The notes under the pieces: generated by a model
Database searches by the model: none
What the model saw: only the letters and a program-made list of their open reading frames with translations
Told to the model about the DNA's origin: nothing
Origin: Syncephalis fuscata S228
Lineage: Eukaryota > Fungi > Zoopagomycota
Assembly: GCA_025786725.1 (NCBI GenBank)
Contig: JAHLTZ010000035.1
Coordinates: 219,509 to 283,508 of the forward strand
DNA length: 64,000 bases
Direction: 5' to 3'
Shown: one piece after another, positions 13,955-27,733 of the stretch
Position numbering within the stretch: the first letter of the stretch is position 1
How the letters are laid out: every line of letters begins with the position of its first letter
Program-made: the position numbers and the translations under genes

Positions 13955-16900
13955 GGTTATTTTGATCTAGATCCTAATCGAGTAGTTGATATTATACTGG
14001 ATGTATTTGCCTACAATATATTGAAATATCATGCCTATTTCCTTACATTAATTCGTGCATCACCCTGGTATGGAACGCGAGAACGTCCTACAAATATTAT
14101 AGCCACCAATTCAACATCTACACCAGCAACATCTGTACCTGGTCAAGCAATTATGGTCAATATATTTGCTCAACTAATGGGTCAAAAGTTTGCTTATTAC
14201 AGCCGATGGCAACAAGAACACCCAGATCGATCAACTCGTACACCAGAAGAAATAACATTTGCTGCAGCATTACTTATTCGTGAAGGAATCATGTCAGTAG
14301 ATGATTTATTACCACATGTAAGTTGAACCATTAGATATTTATATTGATTGATATTAATGATTGGTTATTTAGTTGACACCTATAGCCGAGGATACTAAGA
14401 ATGAATATACATGTTATTTACAAGATAAAATCGATGGTTTACGTAATAATCGAACGAATCTATTGGCTGTAAGTTATATTTAATAATAGCATTAATGTTA
14501 CTAATTAATGTTACTAATTAATTAATTAATTAATACTAAATAGTCAGCCGCTGCTTTAATCGATGATTCACCAAGTATTGCTATGCATTCTACGGCAACA
14601 ACTAATACCAGTAGTAACACAAATACAAATACGACAACAACCACTGGTACAACCACCACCACAACAACCACCACCACCACCGCGACAACTTCATCTATAG
14701 CCCATCCACCACCGCATCAACGAGCTGATCTATGTGCTGCTTTACTGGCTATTGGAGATTTGACAGCAGCAGGTCGATTATTGGCCCTACATCCCTATTT
14801 ACCAAGTATTCGTGTTGATATAGCTCTTACACTTGGACGGGCCATTGACTATCTAATCGAACCATTCTATATGCCAGCTAGACCCGTTTCACTTCGAAAG
14901 ATACCACCAAGTGGACGAGTTGATTATACATGGGATATTCTACCCACCGGCAACTGTGCCTTCTTCTTTGCTCCATGGACCGATCGATTGGATGACTATA
15001 TAAAGACACAGGATGGCACCTCTATTAATGAGATACAAAAGTATTTAAGTTTATTACAACTTGGTTTAAGTAAATGTCCGGCTTTATTGGTCAAGATTTG
15101 TCGTATTGCTGTTTATGAACTAGCCACCGTATCAGCATCAACCACATTAGAGTCATTAATGAGTGATCATAATGATGATATGATGTATCAACAAAAGAAA
15201 GATGCCTGGATGAATATTCTACGTGAATACTTGTTACCGGCTGTTTCTTGTATGCGAGCTAATCCTGGTATGTATTATTAATATACTATTATAGTAAATA
15301 CTAATGGATTAATAATAGCCACCCTTCATGAATTATGGTTATTATTGGAATTGTATACGTATGAACAACGGTAATTATAGTTATCATGTCAATACTACTA
15401 GTAGCTGATTATGTCAATATTAGATTTGGTATTTATGGTGAATGGACTACTCGATATGGTGACAATACACGAGTGGCCAAGGCAACTAAAGAACCAGCAT
15501 GTATCTGGGGATTAGTATTGGCTCGAGCAAAGACAGAAGCTTCTGTCAAAAGTATTATGCAGTAAGTAGAATAGAATAGAATAGATATATACCAGTAGAA
15601 TAGAATACATACTTATATTATCTAGACGTATATCCGCCGAGACTATTAAAGAGAGTGGTCGTCGATTGGCCAAAGCATCCCATGCTGCGCCCACAATTGC
15701 TTTTAGAGCTGTTATGTTCCAATTGAAGACATATGACAACATGACACAAAGTGTTACGGATGCATTTAAATATCTTAGTCGATTTGGCTATGATGTATTG
15801 ACTTGTATCCTTTATAATGAATAATACTAACTACTATATGATATAGCCTTAATACTATATATTAGATACTATACTTGAATTATTTGCAAATGATCAAGAT
15901 AGATTACAACAAGATGGACAACATATTTCAACCTGGCTACGTAGTAAGTATATTAAATAATATAATGACTGACTAATTAACTAACTAATTAACTATAATT
16001 TATGTAGATCTGGCATCATTTTGTGGACAAGCTATTCGTCGTTACTCTTCAATATCGAGTGAGGCAATTATTCAGTATATTGTTAATCAAATGCGTCATG
16101 GCAATACAAATGATTTATTTATTCTTGAACAAATCATTAAAGAAGTGGCCTCAATGGAAGCAGGTGCCATTCTAACTGAACATCAATTATATGCAGCAGG
16201 TGGCGGTGAATTACTACGCCGTGAAGCGTTAATTGTTGAAAAGAGTCCACGTCCACTTCGCCGTCCTGGTGTTCGAGTTATGCGCAGTCTTCTCCAGTCA
16301 CATCTGGGCCTTGTATTGGCCGTGTTAATGGGACAAACACGTCGTGATATGGTCTATACATCAGAACGTGACTTTCTGGATAATCTTAAAGTATTAGGCA
16401 GTCGATACGACCAGGTGGGATCTCTACCAACTAGGTGTACATACATCAATACTTATACGAATCTATAACTAGTTGACGGGACAGTTACATCAATTTGCTG
16501 ATTTCTTTCGTGAATTCACTTCACCCACTGAATATGATACAACCTTGCCTGATCTCGATATACTATGCGGTCAGTATGGATTGGAGCCTGAAGTTGCCTT
16601 CCATTGGCTACGTCCCAAATATCACCGCCAATTAAAGAAACGATTAGCGACAAAACTGGCCGATAATCAAGTATCAGAAGGGGACAAGCCAGTAGAAAGG
16701 ATCGAAGATAGTGTAATGAATACTGAAGATACAATGTCTATGCAAGTAGATACATCTAGTATTCTTTTAGTAAGTTAATTATATTTATATTTATATTAAT
16801 ACTGAGTAATTAATTATTTGTATAGACACCTGATATGGAAGTAATGGCTCGTTCTTTATTACCACTTGATGTATGGGATCATTTAAGGTATTTATATTGA

Positions 16901-19900
16901 TTTATATTATTAATTAAATAACTTATATACTATATACTATATACTATATACTATATACTATAACTATAACTTATAACTTATAAATTACTAGTCCGGCTTT
17001 TTATATGATGTTTTGGCAATTAAGTGCCTATGATATTTATGTACCAGAAACTCAATATACAGCTCAAGAAAGAACATTACGTGATGAACGACAAGATATT
17101 GAACGTGGTCACCGTAATCTGGTATGTATTATATATAATATACATATATATAATATACAACATATACATATATACATAATTATTTATATATATCTATATG
17201 TTTATAGATCTATCAAAGTAATAGCATTAGACATACAATGTGTAGTCGAATCAATGGATGGGAAAAGGGATTACGTATGGAATTAGAGACACATAAGAAA
17301 CATACCGCATCTATTCATAATCTATTAGAACAAGAGAAACAACAATGGTTTAATCATAGTAAGTTATTAATCCAATTTTATTTATTATTTATTATTCATT
17401 CATTCATTATACTTTATAGTTAAAGATCCAAGAAAGACGGCAGCTTATGTATTCCAATATTGTATTCGACCTCGATTACTATTCTCTGATGTGGATGCCC
17501 TTTATTGTTTTAAATTTATTGAGACAATGCACCAATTGGCAGTACCTGGTCTATGGACCATGGGTCTATATAACTCTATATTGCGTCGATCTTTATCTAA
17601 TTGGATATTTTCTTGTACGGAAAAGGAAGCCAAACGACTTGGACAATATATGAAACATATTCTAATTCAATTAACAAAATGGCATATGAAAGAAGGTGAA
17701 TTTGTTAAGGTTAGTTATTAAGTATACTATTTATCTATTAATTAAAACTAATCTATATCTATATCTATATCTATATGTATATCTATAGAATGGACGTGGT
17801 GATGGATGGCCAGGATTTACTAAGCAGCCATTAATGTCATTATTACAAGTAGTACCTGTCCATGCTGATCAACAAATGTCACTTGATGATTTAACTCAAG
17901 CCATGATTACTTGGCATCGATATCTACATGAAGTAAGTACACAATATATAGATATTATAACCACTAATATAAATATAAATATTAATGTAAATATAAATAT
18001 AAATAGACATTTGCTGATTGTTTAGCATCAGGAGAATACATGCAAATACGAAATGCTATTTCAATTCTAACCGAGATTCTTGACTATTTCCCATTAATTG
18101 ATCGACCAGGCCGTATTATGCAATCAGAATATGTTAAGAAATTACAAGAAGATGAAAGAAATGATTTACGTATTCTTGCTATTGGGTAATTACATATTAT
18201 ATATATATATAATATACATACCTACTAATGAATATAATATAGATACTATGCCAAACTAAAATATAAAAGTACAAGTTGGATTACCATTGATTCATTTAAA
18301 AAGAGAAACGAATTCCTGCATCGTCATCCAATACCATAAGTACATCAACTCCAATGACATCACCACCACCACCATCAACCACCACCACCACCACTACAAC
18401 TGTTAGTGGATCAAAGTCAATGACTACTGATGTATCTACTACTCTATTAGGAACAACATCCACATCAACCTCATCTACATCAACCTCATCTACATCTCAT
18501 GTACAAACTACTCCATCTTCACATCTATCACGGGGTGGATCAAGTCGATCAAGTCATGCAAATGATAGACATGAAAGTAAGTAGTTAATTCATTACATCT
18601 ACATGATTAATTAACACAATCTATTGATCTATTGATCTAATTAAATAGGAGGTTCTAGTAAAGATAAACTGTAAGTAGATTGATAGATATACCACATAAT
18701 TACTATAACCATTAATATAGAGAATCTACTACTACTAGTGTCAATGAATCATCTACATCCATCACTATGACCACTACTTCTCATACTGGTGCAACATCAA
18801 CTACTGGATCACGATCACATCGAGATAATACATCCAATGTACGTAGTTCTGTATTAGAAGCGGCTAAAATGGCTGCCCGTTCAACACACGACAAGACTAG
18901 TGATCATCGCCATAATGATGCAAGATCAACTGCTATAACCGCAACATCTAATACATCTAATCAACAAGTATCAATGTCCAATACTACATCTGGATTAGAT
19001 GTACCAACCACAGCTACTACAACTACTACAACTACTACACCCGTAGTTGCAACCACCACAGCTGCAACCACCTTCGCATCTTCTACTCCAACTCATGAAT
19101 CTAGAACACGTAAAGATACATCCAATGAAGATAGAAGATACCGTCATGATAATGATAGAGATCGTAGATCCAATAGAGATACTCGTGGTACACCAACTAC
19201 AACTACACCGAGTACAACAACCACAAGTATATTGAATACGAATACCGAACGGGATCGTCGTAGTGATACACATTTCAATACTGTGGATGACCGTAGATCA
19301 CATGGATCAACATCTATGAATTCTATTAATAATATTGTTAATAATACAGATGAATATAATCATGAACGACCTCGATCTAGAGATACTCGATCTAATCGAC
19401 GACATCCTCATTCAATGAATCCATCATCTGGATCTCATTATAACAATAACAAATACAATAAACATTTAGATCATTATGACGGGGATAATGGACAGCCATC
19501 ATTATTACAGTCATCACCACCACCACCATCATCATCATCACAACCACTACCACCACCATCTCAGTCTAGAGGTAGATCTGATCGTCGACGAGATAACAAT
19601 TATTATAACCATAACCACAATAACAGTAATAGTAATAACCATAATAATAATGATACAGAAACAATATCTAACTATCATCAACAAGGTCAAGGTCAAGGTT
19701 ATCATTATCAAGGGAATAATAATAACAATAATAGTAATAGTAATAATAGTAATAATAGTCAACATCGACATTATACACCAAATACTAGTAATCCTGGTAA
19801 TATAGTTGAAGGACCATCTGAATCTAATAGACGTGGATCTGGTCCAATTACCTCTATTACTGCTACCACATCTGTTAATACATCTTTTCCATCTACTGAA

Positions 19901-21035
19901 CCATCTCCATCGTCCAATGCACCTATAATAAATACAGGTCGGGATAGAGAGAAGGGTGGTAATAGTGGTGGTGGTGGCAGTAGAGATAGAGATTATCGTG
20001 GACGTCGTAATGATTATGATCGTGATATGAGAAAAGATAAAAAGGTAAATCATATTAATGTATAATATAGTAATGTATAATATAGTAATGTATAATATAT
20101 TAATATACTATTTAATTATTAGGATCGAATAAATGATGGATTAGAATCTGATCGGTCTAAACGATCACGTACAAGTTATCCATCCACAACAACATCAACA
20201 AACGATCATACAAATTATCATGGTAATTATTAATTATTTATATTAATAACTAGTTATTAACATCTATTAGATGAATCATCAAATAAAGATTGGAGAATGA
20301 ATAAAAAGAGACCGGCTGATCAAGAACTAACAGGTCCACATTCAAAGTCTAATATGCAAGATCCAAATCTACCTAAAGCACCACGTAGAATGCAGCCACC
20401 TACATCCAATTCATCCAATGATGCACCACCATTACAAGTAACGACATCTATTCAAGAATCATCAAGTCAATTAGGTAGAGAAGGAGGAGGAGGAGGAGGA
20501 GGAGGGAGGAGAAGGATCACCACCTACTACTTCAACAACAACAGGAAGATATCGTTCTAATAGAAATAACAATAACAACAACAATAATCCAGTTGATGCA
20601 TCAATTCATCATACACGTCAATCGGATCAAAATGCTCGTGAAAAACGAGCACGTCGATTTGGACTACCTTCATCTCAAGATACTATGACATCATCATCAT
20701 CACCATCCATACTACCACCACAGAGACATATTATTAATAATAATAATACATCTAATGAATCTACTAACTATCACCGACCACAACAACATCGTTATAACAA
20801 TAACAACAACAACAATAACAATAATAACAACAATAACAACAATAACAACAACAACAATAACAACAACAATAACAACAATAGTAATGGTGGTGGATCTTTT
20901 TACCAAAGACATAATGGATCTCAATTTAATCGATCATCTTCGAATAACCATATGAATAACAACAACAATAACCATAACAACAGTGGAGGAGGAGGAGGAG
21001 GAGGAGGAAGAAGACGTGTAGGCGGTAGACGATAG
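13095..21035 (+). CDS. THO2: THO complex subunit 2 with very long low-complexity C-terminus (multi-exon; several single-base frameshifts in the assembly)
   Basis: YKQQKFNLLREESEGYAKL, LIGYFDLDPNRVVDIILDVF, RFGIYGEW, GRRLAKASHAAP, YDVLTY, FWQLSAYDIYVP, GEYMQIRNAI motifs. C-terminal exons are N/T/S/R/G-rich and their exact structure is uncertain. Confidence 0.93.
20795..20885 (+). repeat. (AAC/AAT)n microsatellite encoding poly-Asn in the THO2 tail
   Basis: About 28 consecutive AAC/AAT codons; GGA repeats nearby at 20482-20510 and 20986-21010. Confidence 0.9.
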
Positions 21036-21225
21036 TAGTAATATTAATAGTAATATTAATAGTCAAAGTTATAGTAAAAGTTTTTGTATACATTATATTT
21101 TAATTAAAGACAGTTTAATTATCGCAAATTATGATTTCCTTCATGTGCAGAATCAATCATTTGTTGGCGCCATTGCCAATAACTAGAATTAGTATCACTT
21201 GGATCTATATCTTGTCGAGTTGGAT

Positions 21226-22930
21226 TCATTCTTGTTGATGTATTTTATTTGTAGACTCCATGTCATCATATTCATTGGCTTCCATGACTGCTCGAATAGC
21301 ATCGGGTAGCTGAATAGTGACATCGACCATAGACCGTGGTGTATCGGTAGATATTTGTCGTTGATGGTATTTCATTTCTGGTAATGGTATCGATTGTGCT
21401 TCTTCATCGGCTACTGCTCGAGCTAGATTATAAAGAGCATTACTTGGATCTAGATCAGATTCAGGACGCATGCCACGAGTGGAGGCCATTGCTTGCGTTA
21501 GACCACCAGCTTGCATCGCCGACGGTGTCATATTACTGCCAATCGTGGTTGATTCAGGCAATGAACTAAATACATTCTGAGCAAAGCTTGTACGGGGCCA
21601 GCCTAAATCGTACTCATCATCGGCTAATAAGCCGCGGTAATTGTAGTCGGCATTCTTCATATTATCGAGTACATTCGCCGTATTGGATACAGGGAATAGA
21701 CTGTCGTGAATACCTGGTTGTTGTACAGTAGCATCGAATGAAGGCGGACTATGATCACCCCGATGATAGGAACGATCACTAATAGTGGCTGAACGAGATA
21801 TTTGGCCCGTTGGCGTAATAAAATGTTCTACATTATCGACAAAGGTTGCAGATTGGCCTTGCTTCAATGTAGTCTTACGGGCCATTGTTACTTCAGTTTG
21901 TTCCGACATATCGGTACGTGATGATTCGGCAACACTAATACGGTGGTTTTGGCGTGAATCCTTTACCGTCATCATACGGCCGTTATAAGATGTATCGGCA
22001 TCCATGTTACGGGATACGGCAGCGGTAGCAGCAGCTACCATAGCACCTAGTGTCATGGTTGGTGCATTGTGTTGACTATTTAGTGATGGATTCGAGCCAG
22101 TAGCGCCATGATATTCATAGGCATTGTGTGAATCGAGTGATGCAGCCATATAACGAGCAGATCCTTCAGTTTCAGCTGGTACATCAGACATAGGTACAGC
22201 CATATGGGCCGTGCCGCTCTCAATGGTCATGGAAGTGATATCTGCTAATGCTTCAGTGGCACCGGCAGCTGCTTGGAATCCACCCCATGCAGTAGGTGGT
22301 CGACTCATAGAGAATCGCTCATTATCGTCCTATAATGCCCATTAGTAAGTATATGCGTTATACTGAATAGAATGGCCTATTTACTTACCATAACTGATCG
22401 GTTATCCTCACTGAATCCAGTTTGACGCGATGCGGCATAAGGACTCTTAAATCCGCTCATATTATGACGGCTACCCGCATATACTCCGGTAGCATTTAAC
22501 TGTGCGCCATATCGTGGCTGAGTATCCTTATTACGGCGTTTTTGGCGATACCAAACAAGACCGGCAATAATGGCTGCCACACCTATACCACCGCATACAC
22601 CGCCAATAGCAATTGGTACAATTTTTGTGATGACGATCCCGAATCGGCACTTGATGAACTTTGTGCATTACGCGACAATGTCATACTCGTTTGGCACTTG
22701 GCTGTTGGACATTTGGTACAGGATTGAATGGTTAACACGCATACTTCATCGGGTCCACATACACTATCGCAAGCTGTTTGTTTAGGACAACTAACACAAC
22801 CTGCACCAAGAGTTGGTTGTTGCGCCGCGGGACTTGTATTAGACGCAGTTTGTTGTGGTGTGGCCAACACAAATACCACGCCATACAAAAGCGCAATAAT
22901 TGAGCGTTGGTAGAATAGGGAAAGCTGCAT
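21226..22930 (-). CDS. OPY2: Opy2-like type I membrane anchor/osmosensor (signal peptide, 8-Cys Opy2 domain, TM, long cytoplasmic tail)
   Basis: CVSCPKQTACDSVCGPDEVCVLTIQSCTKCPTAKC matches the Opy2 8-Cys pattern. TM IVPIAIGGVCGGIGVAAIIAGLVWYRQKRR is restored by adding one base to the homopolymer at about 22622. One intron at about 22330-22386. Confidence 0.75.
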
Positions 22931-24692
22931 CGTTCGCTACCGATTACTAACAACTCGAATAGGCAAGATCAAAATTACTGGAGTGTAACAGAATGATAAG
23001 ACGGTCTATGTACGGTCGCTGCTCAATGATTGGGTGTTGGTTGGTTGGTTGGTTAGTTAAAAGATAAAAAGACGCCAGGTCTATATAGTAACCAGTATAG
23101 TTAGTATAAAAGCTCGCCAAGTAATTAATAACGCGAATAGAGTTGCAAAGTGTAAAGCCTGCAACAAGAATATAATAGATGAAGGTAGCAGTCGACAAGT
23201 ACGCAAAAATAATATTGTAAGTGTGTACTGGTAAATAATAAGAATAGAGCAAGTAATAGAATGGCGTTGTAACGCTCGTGGATAGTTAAGTGTTCACCGC
23301 TCAGCGTGCAAACAACAACAACAACAACACTTAGCTGGAATAAGGGAAATATATGAAAGAAAGAGTACTTGAGTAAGAGGGAGTGAGGAGAAAGAGAGAG
23401 AGAAAAGAGAGCCAAGATCAGTGTGTGTATCAGTGGGATGCTGGTGCATATTCAAATTTAGAAACAGTAAGGAGAGATCCATACAAATTACACCTTTATA
23501 GCTCACAATGGTTGTAACCGAGCGGGAAAATAAGGGGCTTAATAAAGAGATGCTACTGTTATCCTTGTTGTCCATTGGTTGAATCCACAATACCATACTG
23601 GTTAACTAAATATAGCTACTATATAATAGTTATATAATCATAATGATAATAATAATAACAATAACAAAGACTGTAGTATACAAAGATGTAGTGTACCTCT
23701 ATAGTTATTGATAGGACAAATCAATGGCGATCATGGACAAAATGAGATGTAAAGTACACGTAGCTAGTTTGATTATGGCAAACACGAGGATAGTATGGCA
23801 GTATTGGCTAGTTAACCGTCTACAGCCAACTTCGTTGGCTAAAGAATAATGCAATGGCTACTTACCCGCTTATCCAGTAAGTAATAGACCGGTGAGACTA
23901 TACTAGACGGCAGAACAAGTATATAGACGATACACTCTGAAATAAAATTAAAAAATTGTTACTGCTGAAACGCCCCTAGCAAAAATTAGAGAAATAGCAA
24001 TTACGTTAAAGCACACCAACAAATGCTAGTGTGCTTGTGCGTAATCAACGTAGAATAATGGCGGAAAACTAATGGAAATAGGACGAATCACTAAGCAATG
24101 CGTCCAACTAACGTCAATAGACGTAACTAGTAACAAACAAACAGACAGTGAAGAAGAAAGGGAGCGACAGTAGAACAAGAAAGGTAGACTAGGCGAATCA
24201 AGGTGGTCACCACAGTAAGAAGAATGGCACGCTACCTTTCGTATTGTTTAATTGTCTTATCACTTTTCTTAAAATGTTCATTTCTTTAAAGAGACAAGTC
24301 CGATGTTTTGTTGATCTTTATTGGCCATTTAGACAAGCAACGAACAGTTTGAAACAGAAGCGGGGTTACCATAGGCCCATTGTTCATGCCGCGTGTTTAT
24401 GCTACTGTATCGCCATGCCCACTGTATCGTTGCATGGCCACATCGCGTTTATTGTATCAGATTATAGTGATGTAAACTATAGCACTATTTTACATTACAA
24501 AATGTGTCAACATGTGTAAAGTGTTGTAGAAATGATATGTTAACAAAATAACAATGTTTTAATTAATTGTATAAATGTCAGTGGATCACCAAATATGGTA
24601 AGCAATTAAAGGGGCCGATTACTATTTTTATCCATCTACGTGAATAATGCATTTGCGCTTTTCTTCTCTTGCACATACTTGTATTGATCGAG

Positions 24693-26145
24693 ATGGCGCA
24701 ACTCGACTGGAAGCCTTCAGCATTGTATGACGCGTTTCTTTGTGCACTAGGCACAGCAACGTGTCCCCAAGTGTAAGTAACAAGCCAAACGTGCCATAAC
24801 TATGTCTATAGTCAGATTCATCATCTTTACATAGGTTATTGATGATTCTCTATGTTTAACTTTTAACTTTACTGTTGTTCAGTGATGAGCTAGGCGTGCT
24901 ACCCAAGGATATGCTATTAGAGGAGAACACGGAACATAAAAGCCCATTTCTATGCGTTGAAAACAAGCTTGGAATTCCTGTTCAACAGATTCCTTCACTG
25001 TATGGCTATGCACGTCAATTGTTATGGTACTGCGAAAAACGCCCTGAGCCGACAGCTACGTGGGAATGCACGTCCCAATTCAACGATACTCTCTTAGTGA
25101 ATAATCTATCTACTACTACTACGCCACCGTCTATTGCCTTATCAAATCAAATGCGTGATGTGAATAGCCAAAAATTGCTTACTATTCGGGAACAAGCTAG
25201 TCGTTGCTTAATGTTGCTACAGCCAGAAAACTACACAGCCATTAATATTCGGCAAGTAACTGAATAGTATATTACTAATAACATGTGAATATTCATACAC
25301 CAAAATAGAAGATCTTTATTATTTAATGAAAAGCAGCTTTCTTTGGCTGATGAATTACATTGGACGAGTATTGCATTGACTGCGCCAAATGGTCGTAAAA
25401 GTGGTGTGGGATGGCAGTATCGGTAAAGTGGAAATGATACGTATTCGAATAAACGATGACTAATACGAACATTCTATTTGCTTATTTAGACGAGATCTTA
25501 TATTGTATTCGTCCAATTCGTGGTCATGGCCAGTGCTACAACGAGAGTTGGAGTTGACGGAACGAGCATTTACCTTACATCCACGCAATTATTATGCATG
25601 GACACAAAGAGCTTGGCTGTTAGACTATACATTAACTAAAATGAGGATATTGCTATTGAAAAACAATTGATAGATGCAGAGGAAAAGTTTACTGAACATT
25701 GGACAGCAACTCATTTATCGGACTCGGCTGCCTGGCATTACCGGCGTCGTATATTAAGCATAAAATCGTCTATTGATTGTTGGCAAAAAGAGGCCGTGCG
25801 TGTTTGCGACTTGATCGATAGATATTTAGGACATGAGGCTGTTTGGTGTCATTTAAGGCTTATCTATACCTCTTTGAATGAGGCGTCATTGGCTGAGGAT
25901 AGAAATGAGTTACTAAATCGACAATTAGATTGGGTAAATTGGCTAAAAGATAATCTACATACTAATTATCGAGAGCCACGTCGTTAAATACCATTGAGGC
26001 AGTGGATAGTCTACATCGTCAATTACGCAATGCTGAAGCGTATATTATGTGGATAGAATACACCAACACTATTTTAACAAACAAAATCACTAAAGCGTCT
26101 ACATTTGTAAAACTAAAACAGCCACCACCAAAACATCCTATTTAA
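24693..26145 (+). CDS. PTAR1: Protein prenyltransferase alpha-subunit repeat protein (PTAR1/Ecm9, GGTase-III alpha)
   Basis: ENKLGIP, LLQPENYTAINIRR, HPRNYYAWTQR, HLSDSAAWHYRR and YLGHEAVWCHLR PPTA repeats. The 3' end requires a frameshift correction at about 25970. Confidence 0.85.
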
Positions 26146-26211
26146 ACCAATTGGTACACTTATAATCCCTTGACAATATGAATATATTTATATAAATAAA
26201 GTATAAAAGTA

Positions 26212-27733
26212 TTAAATCATTTCATCATCATCATCATTATAATCGTCGCTCATTTGATCGTTCACGTCTAAATCTGACATATTGTTGTTATTATTATCCT
26301 TTCGATCATAAGTTTTAATTCCATGAATTCGGTCGAGGGAATTGGCGAATTCGTGCTGTACATATAAATCATCTACTAAAGATAATGCATCTGTTGTAGG
26401 TGATGCTAGCATAGCACGCTTATAAGGATGTAATGATTGAATAGACGTCGAAGAATGCTATTAATTAATTAGTTCATCTATTAGCTATTTGGCTAAATCA
26501 ATTAAATCTATTTACCTGAAATAAAATTGGTTTTTCTAACTTTAAATAAAGGCCGCGAATAAAGACTAAAAGTGCATCCATAACTTCTTGTTCTATATAT
26601 TTGTTATTCAGTTGCAACAAGTGGTTATCAACGGTTTCTTCTGGACCTGTACCAAGTATCTAGATATGTATTTAAGTGATTGGATTAATATGATGTATAC
26701 ATAATGACACCGACCTCGTTCATCCTTTCTTTTCTAATCTTTTTGTAATTTACAAATGCTTTTTGATCTAATTCCAATAAATCTTTGAATTCAGATTGTG
26801 TTTCCAATAAGAACGCGGTTTCTATCAAAGTGGAAATATTTTGTTGGTCGCAAAATATCCCTCGAAACCGCCTTACGATTAAATAATGGTTATCGGTCAG
26901 TGCGATCACAATAGTATTAAACGCACCTGAGTTTGAAGATTTAGCAATAGCTTGAACCATTCAATACGTGTTTTTGTTGCCATGTCTACAAATATATCGG
27001 CTGAACAGGCCACAAATGCTGGTAATACAGCCAGTAGACCAAGTAGCTGTTCATCAGAAGAGCGCGGTCGACACTCGCACACGACTCGTTACGATGACGC
27101 CGACATCTTGACATATATGCCCATTGTTATTGGGACGTAATAAAGAGTGACTTACACAGCCAGGACTTAATAGATCTGACGTGCTTGATATTACGCCGTT
27201 GGTTGGCAAGTTATTTAACAAATGCCGTGGGGATTGGTTGGATTGGAGTTGTATGGATTTGCTTTTTGCTTTATCTTCTTGGCTACGGGTAGCATCTAAT
27301 TCATTTGTAGAGGTAAAAGTACTATTTTGCCTCGCTGTATATCGGTCACACACCAATGCTAAAAGTTCAGAAATCTCCCAACGTAATACTATCATGTTAT
27401 TAATATCATTTTCAACCTTTGTTTTTAAATCTAAATAAGTATGTTTAACTTTTAGTTGCGTCATTGACCAGTCATTGACCTACCATTAATTACAGCGCTA
27501 ATTCTAAGAATCTGTGCTTTATAATCTGCTGAATTATAGCGTTCGTTATATAGCGGTATTTGCTTGCTCTCGAGTAAATGAACGGAAGAAGATAGACGCG
27601 AAGTTCCGTCTGGCTCGTCGGTCAGTTCTCTGGCCGCCAGTAATAGCTGCAGGTTGATTCGCCAATGTAATAAGCAATCAAAGGCGTGCAAGTTTGCCAA
27701 AGCAATCTCACTTGCTGAACTAGACTGAGCCAT
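26212..27733 (-). CDS. Fungal hypothetical protein (multi-exon, frameshifted in assembly)
   Basis: Consecutive minus-strand ORFs with GTAAGT/GTAAAT donors; segments LLAVLPAFVACSA, EWFKLLLNL and FIRGLYLKLEKPILFQ. No function recognised. Confidence 0.6.

Noticed and set aside
18995-20955. Poly-His and poly-Ile/Val ORFs
   Set aside because: Alternative-frame and antisense shadows of THO2 trinucleotide repeats.
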